Assembly: GCA_003696445.1 (NCBI GenBank)
Contig: RFHE01000038.1
Location: forward strand, 1-49,533
DNA length: 49,533 nucleotides
Direction of reading: 5' to 3'
From: Calditrichota bacterium
Lineage (GTDB): Bacteria; Calditrichota; Calditrichia; RBG-13-44-9; J042
The notes below the pieces were generated by a model, which was not told the origin of the DNA, searched no databases, and saw only the letters and a program-made list of their open reading frames with translations. The translations under genes and the position numbers were made by a program. Shown piece by piece: positions 47,011 through 49,533 of this stretch. Positions within the stretch are counted from its first letter, which is position 1. Each line of letters begins with the position of its first letter.

Positions 47011-47697
47011 ATGAGTAAGACGATGACGGAACCGAAAGCCAAACACATCTACTGGCATGAGGGAGAAATCAAGCGAGCGGATCGAGAGCGCTTGCACAAT
47101 CACAAGGCGGTATGCCTCTGGTTTACCGGTCTTTCCGGGAGTGGGAAATCGACCATTGCCCGGAAGGTGGAAGAGTTGCTTTACGAGCGAGGTGTTCACT
47201 GCTATGTGTTGGATGGGGACAATGTGCGCCACGGATTAAACCGGGACCTGGGCTTTTCTCCGGAAGACCGAACGGAGAACATTCGCCGCATCGGCGAGGT
47301 GGCCAAGCTGTTTGTGGATGCCGGCCTCATTGTCATGACGGCTTTCATTTCGCCCTACCGGGCAGACCGTGATCAGGTGCGGCAGCTCATGAACCCTGGT
47401 GATTTTTGCGAGATTTACGTGGCCTGCGACCTGGAAGTGTGCGAACAGCGGGATCCCAAGGGACTTTACAAAAAGGCCCGGGCCGGCGAAATCAAGGAAT
47501 TTACCGGTATCTCCGCGCCCTACGAGGAGCCTGTCAATCCCGAACTGGTGATCGATACCTCTAGGGTAACCGATGTGGAAACCAATGCCCGGAAGGTCAT
47601 CGCCTTTCTGGAAGAAAAAGGATACCTGAGTGATGATCGAGAGCCGCTTGAAGCGGGTGGTAATCATCGAGTGCAACGAAAGGGAGAGCAACCGTGA
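47011..47697 (+). CDS. cysC: Adenylyl-sulfate (APS) kinase
   Basis: [15 protein letters not shown]-loop, [19 protein letters not shown]. The ATG at 47011 follows AAAGGAGAG. Confidence 0.9.
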   Translation: MSKTMTEPKAKHIYWHEGEIKRADRERLHNHKAVCLWFTGLSGSGKSTIARKVEELLYERGVHCYVLDGDNVRHGLNRDLGFSPEDRTENIRRIGEVAKLFVDAGLIVMTAFISPYRADRDQVRQLMNPGDFCEIYVACDLEVCEQRDPKGLYKKARAGEIKEFTGISAPYEEPVNPELVIDTSRVTDVETNARKVIAFLEEKGYLSDDREPLEAGGNHRVQRKGEQP

Positions 47698-48572
47698 TTG
47701 ATTTACAGATGCACAGTAATTTTTCCGACGGCAGCGATTCGCCGACCGAGTTGGTTCGCCAGGCCAGGGCGCTGGGCTTGCGCGCCATTGCCCTCACCGA
47801 CCACGACACCATCGACGGGTTGCCGGAGTTCCTGAGTGCCGGCCGCGAGCTGGGGGTAACCACCGTGCCCGGCGTGGAGATCAGCATCGATACCAAATTG
47901 CCCAACAACGGGCACATGCACCTGCTTGGGCTGTTCATCGACCCGGAGGCCGGGGATCTGAAGCGGACCCTGGATTACCTCCGCGAGCAGCGCAACCTGA
48001 GGGCCGAAAAAATTATTCGCAAGCTCAACGAACTGAACGTGCCCATTACCATGGAAGAGCTGCTGGCCGAAGCCGGCGAGGGTTCCATCGGCCGCCCCCA
48101 CGTGGCCAAGATTCTGCTACGCAAAGGGGTGGTCTCCTCCATCCAGGAAGCGTTCGATGTCTATCTGGCCAAGGGCAAGCCGGCCTACATGGATAAAGTC
48201 AAGCTGGGCGAAGCCGACGCCATTCGCATGGTGAAAGATGCCGGTGGGCTGGCCATTCTGGCCCACCCTCATCTGATGAATTACGACACCTGGGAAGAAA
48301 CCCGGGATAAAATTCTAGCCCTGCGGGAACTGGGTCTGGATGGCTTCGAAGCCTACTATTCCACCATGCCGGCCGAGTTTTCCCAGAAATTGCTGGCCTT
48401 GGCCCGGGAGTTTGATTTCGCCGTGTCCGGCGGCAGCGATTACCACGGTGCCAACAAGGACAACATCCGGATGGGGGTTGGCCTGGGCGATTTGCACGTG
48501 CCGGATGCAGTGTACGATCAACTCAAGGCGCGGTGGGAAGCGCAGCGCTCGGCCGTGGCCGCTGCAAAGTAA
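47694..48572 (+). CDS. PHP-domain phosphoesterase (TrpH/YciV, COG0613-like); candidate 3',5'-bisphosphate nucleotidase
   Basis: [19 protein letters not shown]...[26 protein letters not shown]. The GTG start overlaps the cysC stop (GTGA). Confidence 0.82.
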   Translation: MIDLQMHSNFSDGSDSPTELVRQARALGLRAIALTDHDTIDGLPEFLSAGRELGVTTVPGVEISIDTKLPNNGHMHLLGLFIDPEAGDLKRTLDYLREQRNLRAEKIIRKLNELNVPITMEELLAEAGEGSIGRPHVAKILLRKGVVSSIQEAFDVYLAKGKPAYMDKVKLGEADAIRMVKDAGGLAILAHPHLMNYDTWEETRDKILALRELGLDGFEAYYSTMPAEFSQKLLALAREFDFAVSGGSDYHGANKDNIRMGVGLGDLHVPDAVYDQLKARWEAQRSAVAAAK

Positions 48573-48694
48573 CATGCGGGCGGCGCCCCTGCGCCGGTAA
48601 CCCCGCCGAAAAATGGCTGATATTCGCCTTTACAGATGAGTTGAATAAGGCTGACTGTGTTGAAAAAACAATCAAACGCAAATGGAGGTTTAAG

Positions 48695-49533
48695 GTGATT
48701 CTTCCTCATGGTGGAGAACTGATTGATCGCTACGTGCACGGTAGCGAGCGAGAGGCCTTATTGGCCGAAGCCGATTCGCTGCCCGGCATCACGCTGGATG
48801 ACAAGAACATTTCCGATCTGGAAATGATTGCTTGTGGGGCCATGAGTCCTCTGACCGGCTTCATGACCGGCAAGGACTACCGCTCTGTGGTTGAAGACAT
48901 GCGGTTAGCAAATGGGTTGGTGTGGAGCATTCCCATTACCCTGGCTGTGGATCGGGAAACGGCCGAGCGTGCGGAAAAGGCCGGGCGGGTGGCTCTGCGC
49001 GACGCGCAAGGCACCCTGCTGGCCGTGATGAACATCGAAGATGCTTACACCTACGACAAGCAGGAAGAAGCACTCCACGTATATCGCACCACCGATGAGG
49101 CACATCCCGGGGTGCAGTATGTGTACCAGCAAGGCGAGGTGTTGCTGGGTGGCCCGGTGTTCATGATCAATCGACCGCGCCACAGCGATTTTATGGACTA
49201 TCGGCTGGAGCCGGAACAGACCCGCGCGGCTTTCCGGGAACGGGGCTGGAACACGGTGGTGGCTTTCCAGACCCGGAACCCCATTCATCGGGCGCACGAA
49301 TATCTACAAAAATGCGCTCTGGAAATTGTGGACGGTCTGCTGATTCATCCGCTCATGGGGCGGACCAAATCGGACGACATTCCCGCCGAAGTGCGGATGA
49401 AATGCTATCAGGTGCTTCTGGAAAACTACTATCCCCGGGACCGGGTGATGCTTTCCGTTTTTCCGGCGGCCATGCGTTACGCCGGCCCTCGCGAAGCCAT
49501 TTTCCATGCCCTGGTGCGCAAAAACTATGGCTG
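48695..49533 (+). CDS. sat: Sulfate adenylyltransferase (ATP sulfurylase), 3' end cut by window edge
   Basis: It is absent from the ORF track because the frame has no stop before the window end. GTG at 48695 follows GGAGG. My translation gives [12 protein letters not shown]..., [46 protein letters not shown]. Confidence 0.9.
   Translation, partial: MILPHGGELIDRYVHGSEREALLAEADSLPGITLDDKNISDLEMIACGAMSPLTGFMTGKDYRSVVEDMRLANGLVWSIPITLAVDRETAERAEKAGRVALRDAQGTLLAVMNIEDAYTYDKQEEALHVYRTTDEAHPGVQYVYQQGEVLLGGPVFMINRPRHSDFMDYRLEPEQTRAAFRERGWNTVVAFQTRNPIHRAHEYLQKCALEIVDGLLIHPLMGRTKSDDIPAEVRMKCYQVLLENYYPRDRVMLSVFPAAMRYAGPREAIFHALVRKNYG

Overview
This 49.5 kb window is chromosomal, gene-dense (about 45 genes) and mostly housekeeping. 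I found no transposase, integrase, phage gene, CRISPR array, rRNA or tRNA. Lineage markers point to a member of the FCB superphylum (Bacteroidota/Ignavibacteria/Calditrichota-like), though unlike classical Bacteroidetes most genes carry clear GGAGG-type Shine-Dalgarno sites. The markers are three secreted proteins with type IX secretion C-terminal sorting domains, a compact ~280 aa primary sigma factor, and a UpxY-type NusG paralog. Recognisable content, in order:
- Start to ~8 kb: T9SS endonuclease I, comEA, hrcA-grpE-dnaJ, an NSS transporter.
- ~8-13.8 kb: holA, an ECF sigma / ZAS anti-sigma / double-GAF module, an OB+HD nuclease, a degenerate receiver protein.
- ~14.4-19.5 kb: rlmB-mazG-histidine kinase-sigma54 activator string.
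- ~20-29.7 kb: a large T9SS metalloprotease, speE-speB, pterin dehydratase, a radical SAM protein, DinB, CapA, rpoD.
- ~30-39 kb: a divergent MBL / beta-CASP pair, a T9SS esterase, an SDR, pepD, two tandem geranylgeranyl reductases.
- ~39.5-45 kb: doxX, yhhQ, EamA, lgt, DUF302, malQ.
- ~45 kb to the end: a UpxY-led locus with a sugar epimerase, cysC, a PHP phosphoesterase and sat (truncated at the window end).

I see no obvious complete novel system such as a defence island. The most interesting signals are regulatory or contextual:
1. A GGAAC-N17/18-GTT ECF-type promoter motif occurs upstream of the ECF sigma gene and twice, once per strand, in the MBL / beta-CASP divergent region.
2. A receiver-like protein lacking all phospho-acceptor residues sits behind a sigma54-like promoter, next to a sigma54 activator.
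3. A PAPS synthesis and pAp recycling cassette is embedded in a UpxY-controlled glycan locus.
4. Two tandem geranylgeranyl reductase paralogs differ sharply in composition.
5. Several long non-coding gaps contain structured elements.

All functional calls come from motif recognition by eye. No searches were run.
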